Below, in pieces: positions 1-13,475 of a stretch of DNA of 64,000 nucleotides. The stretch is from Escherichia coli. GTDB taxonomy: Bacteria; Pseudomonadota; Gammaproteobacteria; Enterobacterales; Enterobacteriaceae. Both the position numbers and the translations under genes were made by a program. Within the stretch, counting starts at the first letter, position 1. Each line of letters opens with the position of its first letter. Location of the stretch: the NCBI RefSeq assembly GCF_029227855.1, contig NZ_CP074356.1. The stretch is one strand, 5' to 3'. Under the pieces are notes generated by a model. That model was not told the DNA's origin. It made no database searches and saw only the letters and a program-made list of their open reading frames with translations.

Positions 1-79
1 AGAGGGCAAGTCCAGGTCAGTAAGTTTTTTCCATCCCGAAAGGTGTCCGTTAGTTCAACCACTAAGAAGGGGACGCGTT

Positions 80-454
80 ATGGATGAATACTCACCCAAA
101 AGACATGATATCGCACAGCTTAAGTTTCTCTGTGAAACCCTGTATCATGACTGTCTTGCAAACCTTGAAGAAAGCAATCATGGCTGGGTTAACGACCCAA
201 CCTCGGCGATCAACCTCCAGTTGAATGAACTGATTGAGCATATTGCGACCTTCGCACTTAATTACAAAATTAAGTATAATGAAGACAATAAGCTCATTGA
301 GCAGATCGACGAATATCTGGATGACACCTTTATGTTGTTCAGCAGTTATGGTATTAATATGCAGGATCTTCAGAAATGGCGGAAGTCAGGTAATCGACTA
401 TTCCGTTGTTTTGTCAATGCGACGAAAGAGAATCCTGCGAGTTTATCTTGTTAG
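80..454 (+). CDS. tomB: Hha toxicity modulator TomB (YbaJ)
   Basis: 124-aa ORF, translation recognised as TomB; immediately upstream of hha as in the tomB-hha operon. Confidence 0.9.
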
Positions 455-479
455 AATTATTACAACCATGGGTAGAAGT

Positions 480-698
480 ATGTCCGAAAAACCTTTAACA
501 AAAACCGATTATTTAATGCGTTTACGTCGTTGCCAGACAATTGACACGCTGGAGCGTGTTATCGAGAAAAATAAATACGAATTATCAGATAATGAACTGG
601 CGGTATTTTACTCAGCCGCAGATCACCGCCTCGCCGAATTGACCATGAATAAACTGTACGACAAGATCCCTTCCTCAGTATGGAAATTTATTCGCTAA
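480..698 (+). CDS. hha: Hemolysin expression-modulating protein Hha
   Basis: 72-aa product [20 protein letters not shown]... recognised as Hha; ATG at 480 inside the longer track ORF 234..698. Confidence 0.93.
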
Positions 699-869
699 TA
701 AATAATTCGCTTTCGGAGCTATAACCGGCTGTTTATTAAGAATTTTATACTTTTTCGCCATGAAGACGTACCCTATGTGATCTTTATCACACAGATGTAA
801 TGGGAACGTTCTCTTCACTGACTTTTCGTCTTACTGTGTTGCCGCATTTTCAGCAACCGGAGGTCAGTA

Positions 870-1541
870 ATGAGCACAGAAAAAGAAAAGATGATTGCTG
901 GTGAGTTGTATCGCTCGGCAGATGAGACGTTATCTCGCGATCGCCTGCGCGCTCGTCAGCTTATTCACCGATACAATCATTCCCTGGCGGAAGAGCACAC
1001 ATTACGCCAGCAAATTCTCGCTGATTTATTCGGTCAGGTGACAGAGGCTTATATTGAGTCAACGTTTCGCTGTGATTATGGCTATAACATTTTTCTCGGC
1101 AATAATTTTTTCGCCAACTTCGATTGCGTGATGCTTGATGTCTGCCCTATTCGCATCGGTGATAACTGTATGTTGGCACCAGGCGTTCATATCTACACGG
1201 CAACACATCCCATCGACCCTGTAGCACGTAATAGCGGTGCTGAACTGGGGAAACCCGTCACCATCGGTAATAACGTCTGGATTGGCGGACGCGCGGTCAT
1301 TAACCCTGGTGTGACCATTGGTGATAACGTCGTGGTAGCCTCAGGTGCAGTTGTCACAAAAGATGTCCCGGACAACGTTGTCGTGGGCGGTAATCCAGCC
1401 AGAATCATTAAAAAAATTGTAACCAGCTTTTCGCAACTGTTATGCAAAATTGTGGTAAATCTGTTACTTTCCCTCTACTATTCCCACGTTAAAATAGGGT
1501 GTTCCCTGGAAAGTTGCAGATACCACGAAGGCAAACGATGA
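870..1541 (+). CDS. maa: Maltose O-acetyltransferase (hexapeptide-repeat family); C-terminus altered and extended by an apparent +1 frameshift
   Basis: First 182 residues match Maa as I recall it (183 aa, ending ...ARIIKKL); here an A7 run at 1410..1416 gives ...IIKKIVTSF... and the ORF runs to 1541. Confidence 0.85.
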
Positions 1542-2008
1542 CCGAAATACAACGCCTGCTGACCGAAACAATTGAGTCTCTAAATACCCGCGAAAAACGC
1601 GACAACAAACCCCGCTTTAGTATCAGTTTTATCCGTAAACATCCGGGGCTGTTTATCGGTATGTATGTTGCTTTTTTTGCCACCCTGGCGGTGATGTTGC
1701 AGTCCGAAACGCTTTCAGGCTCTGTCTGGCTACTGGTTGTATTATTTATCCTGCTTAATGGTTTCTTCTTTTTCGATGTCTACCCACGCTACCGCTATGA
1801 AGATATCGACGTGCTCGATTTCCGCGTTTGCTATAACGGCGAATGGTACAACACGCGCTTTGTACCTGCCGCGCTGGTTGAAGCCATCTTGAACTCTCCA
1901 CGTGTCGCGGATGTTCATAAAGAACAACTGCAAAAAATGATCGTCCGTAAAGGTGAACTGTCTTTTTACGATATTTTTACCCTCGCTCGCGCCGAATCAA
2001 CATCTTAA
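1538..2008 (+). CDS. ylaC: Inner membrane protein YlaC
   Basis: 156-aa product [22 protein letters not shown]... with hydrophobic segments; start chosen at internal ATG 1538 of track ORF 1499..2008. Confidence 0.85.
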
Positions 2009-2165
2009 GTTAGGGTTACATACCAGGCGTAAAGCTCTGCGCCTGGTCAAATAACAACGTTCGTTTCCACCCATCCCTTCATGAAATCCCGGCTCTACCT
2101 CCTTATCTCCTGCCAGCCTTTTTCCACAATCAGATATACTTTCCCTACACTGTGTTAATAAGGAT

Positions 2166-3722
2166 ATGCTGGTGAGAACACGACATCTGGTCGGCCTTAT
2201 TTCGGGAGTACTGATTCTTTCAGTATTGCTGCCTGTCGGCTTAAGCATCTGGCTGGCCCATCAGCAGGTAGAAACATCATTTATTGAAGAGCTGAATACG
2301 TATTCCTCCCGCGTCGCTATTCGGGCCAATAAGGTGGCGATACAAGGGAAAGATGCGCTGCAAGAGCTGGAAAGATGGCAAGGCGCTGCCTGTAGCGAAG
2401 CCCATCTCATGGAAATGCGTCGGGTATCTTACAGTTATCGCTATATTCAGGAAGTGGTTTATATCGATAACAACGTTCCCCAGTGTTCGTCTCTGGAGCA
2501 TGAAAGCCCGCCCGATACCTTCCCCGAGCCAGGTAAAATTTCGAAAGATGGTTATCGTGTCTGGTTAACATCGCATAACGATTTAGGCATTATCCGTTAC
2601 ATGGTCGCCATGGGAACGGCACATTATGTCGTCATGATCGACCCTGCTTCCTTTATTGATGTCATTCCCTATAGTTCATGGCAAATTGATGCCGCCATTA
2701 TTGGCAATGCCCATAACGTTGTCATAACCAGCAGCGATGAAATTGCTCAGGGAATTATTACCAGACTACAAAAAACACCCGGTGAGCATATCGAAAATAA
2801 TGGAATCATTTACGATATCCTGCCCTTCCCGGAAATGAATATTTCGATCATCACCTGGGCTTCAACGAAAATGTTGCAGAAAGGCTGGCATCGGCAAGTC
2901 TTTATTTGGTTACCGCTCGGGTTGGTGATTGGCCTGCTGGCAGCGATGTTTGTGCTGCGTATTTTGCGCCGTATCCAGTCACCGCATCATCGGCTGCAGG
3001 ATGCTATCGAAAATCGTGATATTTGCGTGCACTATCAGCCGATTGTCTCCTTAGCCAATGGCAAAATTGTCGGTGCTGAGGCACTGGCGCGCTGGCCGCA
3101 GACAGACGGTAGTTGGTTATCACCAGATAGTTTTATTCCGCTGGCACAGCAAACGGGCCTTTCTGAGCCATTGACGCTACTGATTATAAGAAGCGTCTTT
3201 GAAGATATGGGCGACTGGCTGCGTCAGCATCCACGGCAGCATATTTCGATCAATCTTGAATCCACCGTGCTCACCTCGGAAAAAATCCCGCAATTGCTGC
3301 GTGAAATGATCAATCACTATCAGGTTAATCCCAGACAGATCGCGCTTGAACTCACTGAACGCGAGTTTGCTGATCCGAAAACCAGCGCCCCGATAATTTC
3401 TCGCTACCGGGAGGCGGGCCATGAAATTTATCTTGATGATTTTGGTACGGGGTATTCAAGTTTAAGTTATTTACAGGATCTGGATGTCGACATTCTGAAG
3501 ATAGATAAATCTTTCGTTGATGCGCTGGAATATAAAAATGTCACGCCGCATATCATCGAAATGGCAAAAACACTGAAACTGAAAATGGTAGCGGAGGGAA
3601 TCGAAACCAGTAAACAAGAAGAGTGGTTACGCCAGCATGGCGTGCACTACGGTCAGGGCTGGCTCTACAGCAAGGCATTACCGAAAGAAGATTTCTTACG
3701 CTGGGCCGAGCAACATTTGTGA
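2166..3722 (+). CDS. pdeB: Cyclic-di-GMP phosphodiesterase PdeB (YlaB), periplasmic sensor plus EAL domain
   Basis: 518-aa ORF with N-terminal TM segment, second TM, C-terminal EAL-type domain; possible GTG start 6 nt downstream. Confidence 0.9.
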   Translation: MLVRTRHLVGLISGVLILSVLLPVGLSIWLAHQQVETSFIEELNTYSSRVAIRANKVAIQGKDALQELERWQGAACSEAHLMEMRRVSYSYRYIQEVVYIDNNVPQCSSLEHESPPDTFPEPGKISKDGYRVWLTSHNDLGIIRYMVAMGTAHYVVMIDPASFIDVIPYSSWQIDAAIIGNAHNVVITSSDEIAQGIITRLQKTPGEHIENNGIIYDILPFPEMNISIITWASTKMLQKGWHRQVFIWLPLGLVIGLLAAMFVLRILRRIQSPHHRLQDAIENRDICVHYQPIVSLANGKIVGAEALARWPQTDGSWLSPDSFIPLAQQTGLSEPLTLLIIRSVFEDMGDWLRQHPRQHISINLESTVLTSEKIPQLLREMINHYQVNPRQIALELTEREFADPKTSAPIISRYREAGHEIYLDDFGTGYSSLSYLQDLDVDILKIDKSFVDALEYKNVTPHIIEMAKTLKLKMVAEGIETSKQEEWLRQHGVHYGQGWLYSKALPKEDFLRWAEQHL

Positions 3723-3763
3723 ATTGTAGGGCTGACGGCACGCCGCACAGCCCGTCACGCTAC

Positions 3764-4117
3764 CTATTCGTCGATGATTGACTCGAATCCGCCATAAATC
3801 ATTCGCTTACCATCAAACGGCATGGACTCGCCGAACTCTTTCATCCGTGGGTCCGACATCATCTTTTGATTAGCAGCGTCGCGGACCTCTTTTGAGGGGT
3901 ATTCAATCCAGCTAAAGACAACCTCTTCATTCTCTTCAGCTTTTACCGCCATACGAAAATCGGTCACTTTGCCATCCGGTACATCGCTGGCCCAGCATTC
4001 GACAATACGAAGCGCGCCAAACTCTTTAAACAATGGCGCAGCCTTAGCAGCCATTTCCCGATAGGCATCCTTTTTATCGGCAGGAACGGCAACCACAAAA
4101 CCATCAACATACTTCAT
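3764..4117 (-). CDS. ybaA: DUF1428-family protein YbaA
   Basis: 117-aa ORF, translation recognised as YbaA; position between pdeB and ffs matches K-12 order. Confidence 0.85.
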   Translation of the reverse strand: MKYVDGFVVAVPADKKDAYREMAAKAAPLFKEFGALRIVECWASDVPDGKVTDFRMAVKAEENEEVVFSWIEYPSKEVRDAANQKMMSDPRMKEFGESMPFDGKRMIYGGFESIIDE

Positions 4118-4227
4118 CAGACATACCTCCGAAGCGTACTGCGCAGCCAGACAATTCTTGCGACGTCAGTTGTGGTTAAAGTTTAGCCATGTTGGGATTT
4201 TTTGACGAAACGGGGGGAGGCAGAAAT

Positions 4228-4341
4228 GGGTGGGGGCCCTGCCAGCTACATCCCGGCACACGCGTCATCTGCCTTGGCTGCTTCCTTCCGGACCTGACCT
4301 GGTAAACAGAGTAGCGTTGCGGGAGAACCAACAGAGCCCCC
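4228..4341 (-). ncRNA. ffs: 4.5S RNA, signal recognition particle RNA
   Basis: Reverse complement reads GGGGGCTCTGTTGGTTCTCCCGCAACGCTACTCTGTTTACCAGGTCAGGTCCGGAAGGAAGCAGCCAAGGCAGATGACGCGTGTGCCGGGATGTAGCTGGCAGGGCCCCCACCC, the 114-nt 4.5S RNA as I recall it. Confidence 0.95.
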
Positions 4342-4417
4342 ATTGAGAGCGTTGAGAACCAACGCGCAGGCGCATTATCACTGCTGCCCCGGCTAATTGC
4401 AACCCATTGCGTGCCGG

Positions 4418-4807
4418 ATGCTGGTTTCTTGCGCAATGCGGCTTCACTCGGGCGTTTTTCCAGATTATGCTGAAAAATTACCTCAGGAAGAAAAGATGGA
4501 AAAAGAAGATTCATTTCCCCAACGCGTCTGGCAAATCGTCGCCGCTATTCCCGAAGGCTATGTCACCACTTACGGTGATGTGGCGAAACTGGCAGGATCG
4601 CCCCGCGCCGCGCGCCAGGTGGGCGGTGTGTTAAAGCGTCTCCCCGAAGGCAGCACCTTACCCTGGCACCGGGTGGTTAATCGCCACGGCACAATTTCGC
4701 TAACCGGACCGGATTTACAGCGTCAACGACAGGCATTACTGGCAGAAGGTGTGATGGTATCGGGAAGCGGGCAAATCGACTTGCAGCGTTATCGCTGGAA
4801 CTACTAA
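4418..4807 (+). CDS. atl: Alkyltransferase-like DNA-damage recognition protein Atl (YbaZ)
   Basis: 129-aa product MLVSCAMRLHSG...; start at internal ATG 4418 because the upstream part of the track ORF overlaps ffs. Confidence 0.85.
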   Translation: MLVSCAMRLHSGVFPDYAEKLPQEEKMEKEDSFPQRVWQIVAAIPEGYVTTYGDVAKLAGSPRAARQVGGVLKRLPEGSTLPWHRVVNRHGTISLTGPDLQRQRQALLAEGVMVSGSGQIDLQRYRWNY

Positions 4808-4837
4808 CCCTCTCCGGGCGGAGAGGGTTAACTGCGC

Positions 4838-5410
4838 TTAATATTGCGTAGGAGCTGGAACTGCCGAAGACGGATTCACCTGAGTTGGTGAAGTCGAAGG
4901 TACGGTAGTCGTTGCGCCACCGCTGGCCTGAACCGGCACGGCGGTTTGCTGCACCGGCACCAATGTCAGGTCGGCTTTAGTTCCGCCCTGGTTGATCACC
5001 GGCTGAACGGTATCGGTAATAAATACCAGTTTGTCATTCACGGTAATCGCCGCACTCAACAGAATACGCGCATTCGGCTGAACATCTGCCGGGTTAAATG
5101 GCAGAACAAAGCTGAATGGTGACTGTTTGCCTTCGGTACGCACCGCTTTCTGCGCCAGTACTTTTGACGGTGCATCGGCTAACGACGCGTCAGAAAGTGT
5201 CACGGTCAGCACAGCATCAGGCGGCAGTGCGACTTTCTGACGGATCCAGACGGTACCGGAGACATTCGGTTGCTGGATAGCAGGTTGTTGTGTTGCTGAA
5301 ATAGACGTATTTGCAGCCGGTGCTGGCGTCTGAATATCCGCGCTTTTATCTGCGCAAGCCGCCAACGCAATCGCAACCGCTAAACCACTGGCCATGTGCA
5401 CGAGTTTCAT
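4838..5410 (-). CDS. ybaY: Outer-membrane lipoprotein YbaY
   Basis: 190-aa ORF with signal peptide and lipobox (LAACAD); recognised as YbaY. Confidence 0.85.
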   Translation of the reverse strand: MKLVHMASGLAVAIALAACADKSADIQTPAPAANTSISATQQPAIQQPNVSGTVWIRQKVALPPDAVLTVTLSDASLADAPSKVLAQKAVRTEGKQSPFSFVLPFNPADVQPNARILLSAAITVNDKLVFITDTVQPVINQGGTKADLTLVPVQQTAVPVQASGGATTTVPSTSPTQVNPSSAVPAPTQY

Positions 5411-5626
5411 TCACTTCTCCTTATTATCAATGCACCAGCGGGCTAACTTTCCTCGCCGGAGAGTGGTTAACAAAATAGTAACGTCAACAAGTGTGGCACA
5501 CATCACGCATTTCTGCCTGTAATTAGCCCGTAATTCAGACCATTGCACCCATCGGACCAGTGGCAAATTTGCGTTATACTCAACTCACTTTGGCTTGCTG
5601 CGGCAGCTTTGTTACTGGAGAGTTAT

Positions 5627-6487
5627 ATGAGTCAGGCGCTAAAAAATTTACTGACATTGTTAAATCTGGAAAAAATTGAGGAAGGACTCTTTCGCGGCCA
5701 GAGTGAAGATTTAGGTTTACGCCAGGTGTTTGGCGGCCAGGTCGTGGGTCAGGCCTTGTATGCTGCAAAAGAGACCGTCCCTGAAGAGCGGCTGGTACAT
5801 TCGTTTCATAGCTACTTTCTTCGCCCTGGCGATAGTAAGAAGCCGATTATTTATGATGTCGAAACGCTGCGTGACGGTAACAGCTTCAGCGCCCGCCGGG
5901 TTGCTGCTATTCAAAACGGCAAACCGATTTTTTATATGACTGCCTCTTTCCAGGCACCAGAAGCGGGTTTCGAACATCAAAAAACGATGCCGTCCGCGCC
6001 AGCGCCTGATGGCCTGCCTTCGGAAACGCAAATCGCCCAATCGCTGGCGCACCTGCTGCCGCCAGTGCTGAAAGATAAATTCATCTGCGATCGTCCGCTT
6101 GAAGTCCGTCCGGTGGAGTTTCATAACCCACTGAAAGGGCACGTCGCAGAACCGCATCGTCAGGTGTGGATCCGCGCAAATGGTAGCGTGCCGGATGATC
6201 TGCGCGTTCATCAGTATCTGCTCGGTTACGCTTCTGATCTTAACTTCCTGCCGGTAGCTCTACAGCCGCACGGCATCGGTTTTCTCGAACCAGGAATTCA
6301 GATAGCGACCATCGACCATTCCATGTGGTTCCATCGCCCGTTTAATTTGAATGAATGGCTGCTGTATAGCGTGGAGAGCACCTCGGCGTCCAGCGCTCGC
6401 GGCTTTGTGCGCGGTGAGTTTTATACCCAGAATGGCGTGCTGGTTGCCTCGACCGTTCAGGAAGGGGTAATGCGTAATCATAATTAA
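5627..6487 (+). CDS. tesB: Acyl-CoA thioesterase II
   Basis: 286-aa product [31 protein letters not shown]...; start at internal ATG 5627. Confidence 0.93.
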   Translation: MSQALKNLLTLLNLEKIEEGLFRGQSEDLGLRQVFGGQVVGQALYAAKETVPEERLVHSFHSYFLRPGDSKKPIIYDVETLRDGNSFSARRVAAIQNGKPIFYMTASFQAPEAGFEHQKTMPSAPAPDGLPSETQIAQSLAHLLPPVLKDKFICDRPLEVRPVEFHNPLKGHVAEPHRQVWIRANGSVPDDLRVHQYLLGYASDLNFLPVALQPHGIGFLEPGIQIATIDHSMWFHRPFNLNEWLLYSVESTSASSARGFVRGEFYTQNGVLVASTVQEGVMRNHN

Positions 6488-6526
6488 AAAAATAGCCGGA
6501 GGTGAAAACCGTCCGGCTGTTTTTTG
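6485..6526. terminator. Bidirectional rho-independent terminator between convergent tesB and amtB
   Basis: Inverted repeat AGCCGGA (6494..6500) / TCCGGCT (6512..6518), flanked by an A-run upstream and GTTTTTTG downstream. Confidence 0.7.
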
Positions 6527-6535
6527 CAGTGCTTG

Positions 6536-7822
6536 TTACGCGTTATAGGCATTCTCGCCGTGGCTGTTGACGTCCAGCCCTTCTCGCTCCTGTTCTTCAG
6601 GCACACGCAGACCAACCGTCAGATCCGCCAGTTTGTAGCCAATAAACGCCACCACACCGGACCAGACAATCGTAATGGCAATGCTTTCCAGCTGTACCAG
6701 CAACTGATGGCCCATCGTCACACCTTCAGCGAAGCCCACGCCGCCCAGCGAGCTGGCGGCAAAAATCCCGGTCATGATACAGCCGACAATGCCACAAACG
6801 CCGTGCACACCAAAGACATCGCAGGGATCATCCACCCGCAGCAAGCGTTTGAGCATGGTAACGCCCCACAAGCCCGCTAGACCCGCTACCACGCCGATAA
6901 TCAACGCGCCGCCAACACCAATGTAGCCACAGGCTGGCGTCACGCCGACCAGACCGGCAATCGCGCCAGAACACGCTCCCAGCAGTGAAGGCTTTCCGCG
7001 CAGCGCCCATTCACCGAAGATCCAGCCAAGAATTGCTGCCGCCGTTGCGACCACAGTATTCACAAATGCCAGTGCCGCGATTTCATTCGCCGTGCCCGCT
7101 GACCCGGCGTTAAAGCCAAACCAACCGATATAGAGAATGGCAGTCCCGGTGAAGACCATCGGCAGGTTGTGCGGTTTAAACGCCTCTTTACCGAAGCCCA
7201 CGCGTTTGCCTATCAGATATGCGCCCACCAGACCGGCGATTGCGGCGTTAATGTGCACCACCGTGCCACCCGCGAAATCCAGCGCACCGTGAGAAGCCAG
7301 CAAACCACCGCCCCACACCATATGCGCAATCGGAATGTAGGAGAGCGTCAGCCATACCACCACGAAAATCAACACAGCTGAGAAGCGGATTCGTTCCGCC
7401 AGCGCCCCAACTATCAAGCCTACGGTAATGCAGGCAAACGATCCCTGAAACGCTACGTGGATATACTGATAAATGCTGCCCATCACCGCCGTCAGTTCGA
7501 TGTTTTTCAGCATCAGCCAGTTAATGTTGCCGAAGAAGTTGTTGCCCTCACCAAACGCCAGCGAGTAACCGTAAACCACCCAGAGAATACAGACCAGTGC
7601 AAACGTCACCGTCACCTGCGTCAGCATCGACAGCACGTTTTTGCCGCGAATCAACCCACCGTAAAACAGGGCAATCCCCGGAATAGTCATAAACAGCACC
7701 AGCGCAGTACAGATCATCATAAACGCATTGTCGGCTTTATCGGCCACCGCAGGTGCAGCCATTACCAGTCCCGGCAGCATCGCCAGTGAAGCAAGCCCAG
7801 TTTTTATCGTCGCTATCTTCAT
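6536..7822 (-). CDS. amtB: Ammonium transporter AmtB
   Basis: 428-aa polytopic membrane protein with signal peptide; recognised as AmtB; directly downstream of glnK. Confidence 0.95.
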   Translation of the reverse strand: MKIATIKTGLASLAMLPGLVMAAPAVADKADNAFMMICTALVLFMTIPGIALFYGGLIRGKNVLSMLTQVTVTFALVCILWVVYGYSLAFGEGNNFFGNINWLMLKNIELTAVMGSIYQYIHVAFQGSFACITVGLIVGALAERIRFSAVLIFVVVWLTLSYIPIAHMVWGGGLLASHGALDFAGGTVVHINAAIAGLVGAYLIGKRVGFGKEAFKPHNLPMVFTGTAILYIGWFGFNAGSAGTANEIAALAFVNTVVATAAAILGWIFGEWALRGKPSLLGACSGAIAGLVGVTPACGYIGVGGALIIGVVAGLAGLWGVTMLKRLLRVDDPCDVFGVHGVCGIVGCIMTGIFAASSLGGVGFAEGVTMGHQLLVQLESIAITIVWSGVVAFIGYKLADLTVGLRVPEEQEREGLDVNSHGENAYNA

Positions 7823-7851
7823 TTTTCGTTCCTGTTGCTGTGTGCCAGAGA

Positions 7852-8190
7852 TTACAGCGCCGCTTCGTCGGCTTCGCCGGTACGAATACGAATGACGCGT
7901 TGCAATTCAGCGACGAAGATTTTGCCGTCGCCAATTTTTCCGGTGTAAGCCGCCTTACTGACGATATCGATCACTTCATCGAGTTGGTCATCAGCAATCG
8001 CCACATCAATTTTTACTTTTGGCAGGAAGTTGACGCTGTATTCCGCTCCCCGGTACAGCTCGGCATGCCCTTTCTGACGCCCGAAACCTTTCACTTCGGT
8101 GACGGTCAGGCCCTGAATACCAATGGAAGATAACGCTTCACGAACGTCTTCCAGCTTGAATGGTTTGATTATCACGGTCACCAGCTTCAT
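7852..8190 (-). CDS. glnK: Nitrogen regulatory protein PII-2 GlnK
   Basis: 112-aa product MKLVTVIIKPFKLEDVREAL...; start at internal ATG (reverse complement of cat at 8188..8190). Confidence 0.93.
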   Translation of the reverse strand: MKLVTVIIKPFKLEDVREALSSIGIQGLTVTEVKGFGRQKGHAELYRGAEYSVNFLPKVKIDVAIADDQLDEVIDIVSKAAYTGKIGDGKIFVAELQRVIRIRTGEADEAAL

Positions 8191-8242
8191 AGATCCCCTC
8201 CGGTCAGAATTCGGTAATGGTTCTGCTACACGAAGAAGGTAT

Positions 8243-8258
8243 TGCAAGCGGTGTGCCA
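8243..8258 (-). promoter_or_regulatory. Sigma-54 (RpoN) -24/-12 promoter of glnK-amtB
   Basis: Minus strand reads TGGCAC-ACCGC-TTGCA, a match to the TGGCAC-N5-TTGCA consensus, about 50 nt upstream of the glnK start. Confidence 0.65.
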
Positions 8259-8370
8259 GAAATGAAAAACGAGAAAGAGAGCAGGAAGTTAAGAAGATTG
8301 AAAATGAAAACGCACTATGACAGTGCACAGTGCGTTACATTTTTGCACCAACGATGAAATATTGCGCTAT

Positions 8371-11917
<3,547 letters not shown>

Positions 11918-11946
11918 GCGTTGTGTCCTGACCTGATTCTGGATAT

Positions 11947-12405
11947 TTATTCGATGGGTAAAGAAGTGGTGTATTTAATCTGTTCCATCGCGAAGCTGGA
12001 AGTGACGTCCGACAGCCCCGGCACGCTGTTTACCAGACGCTTATAAAACTCGTCGTAGCGTTTCATGTCGGCAACCTGGACGCGCATCAGATAATCGTAT
12101 TCACCGGCCATGCGCCAGAACCCCAGCACTTCTGGCATTTCGGTAACCACCGTGACAAAGCGGCAATACCATTCGCTGCTGTGATGTTGCGTTTTTATCA
12201 GCACAAAGGCGGTCAGGCCGAGGCCTATTTTTTCCGGATCCAGCAGGGCGACTTTGCCGATAAGGATACCGTCGTCCTCCAGCCGTTTCAGACGCTTCCA
12301 GCACGGGGTGGTTGTCAGATTAACGGCTTCAGCCAGTGCCTGCAAAGAGAGGGTGCAATCCTGCTGTAGTAAGGCCAGCAGCTTACGGTCAATTTTATCT
12401 AACAT
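11947..12405 (-). CDS. decR: Lrp/AsnC-family transcriptional regulator DecR (YbaO)
   Basis: 152-aa product [31 protein letters not shown]... (HTH plus RAM domain); start at internal ATG 12405. Confidence 0.88.
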
Positions 12406-12557
12406 AGCCCTTCCACGGAGAATTTTTTTCTCTTTTAATTCTATTTTAAAGGTGAAATCGCGACAATTTATTCTGTGCGGTTTAAACACCACGGCACAAA
12501 ATGACAAATTCAACGCAAAAAAAACCGGGCAATTGCCCGGTGCTGGAAGGGATCTCG

Positions 12558-13376
12558 TTATTCGGGGGAATAAGGTAGATGTGGATAGTCCAGCCAGTGC
12601 GTCAAATAGTGAGAGACAGCCTGATTTCGGCAATGTCCAATCACCGGTAAATGCGGGAGCTCCGCGCGCAATTGCGGCATCGCATTGCCCATAATAAATC
12701 CGCTACCGACGCTGCCTAACATTTCGCGATCGTTCATCGCATCACCAAAGGCCATGCAATCGCGCAACGATAAACCTAAATGTTGGGTCAGCACCGTCAA
12801 TGCAGCGCCTTTATTGCAGCCCACCGGCAGCACTTCGAGGCAATCCGTGGCGGAAAAACACAAATGTGCACGCTCGCCTAATGCTTCGTATAGCTGGATC
12901 TGCAAGTGTGTAAGATCGTCGTGATCGCCACAGAAGCAGATCTTGGTGACGCTGCCGAGTGGCATTTTTTTGACATCGATTATCTGATAACGAAAACCGC
13001 TATAGACAAATGCCTGCAACAACGCAGGGATCTCTTTCCCGGTAAACCAACCATCGTCATTGAAGATATGCATGCTGGCTCGGGTATCCCATTGCTGATA
13101 CAGCACCAGCTCCGCGACATCCGCAGGTAAATCATCACGATGTAAAAGTTCACCTTCCAGAGAATGTACGCGCGTTCCGTTGCCAGTAATCAAATATGCA
13201 TCCAGCGATAGCGCCCCGAGAATATGCTGCATCTCCAGCGCATGACGCCCCGAGGCAAAAGTGAGGGTAATGTCGCGTTCACGCAGCCGCGCCAAAGTAG
13301 AGAGGGTTTTCTCACCTAAATGATGGTCAGGCATCAATAAAGTGCCATCCATATCAAATGCTGCCAGACGAGCCAT
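12558..13376 (-). CDS. cof: HMP-PP phosphatase Cof (HAD superfamily)
   Basis: 272-aa product [16 protein letters not shown]... with HAD motif I DMDGT; start at internal ATG 13376. Confidence 0.9.
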
Positions 13377-13475
13377 TTCTTTCTCCACTCTGTGACACGG
13401 TTAATGGTGATTGAGTATCACCTGATATATACGGAAGTAATAGTGAATAGTTAAATAATATTGTTCCGGGTTTAT

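Noticed and set aside
4176-4514. Minus-strand ORFs 4176..4514 and 4265..4447 between ybaA and atl
   Set aside because: They overlap the 4.5S RNA gene ffs (4228..4341), whose sequence matches exactly; these are artefactual translations of a structured RNA gene.
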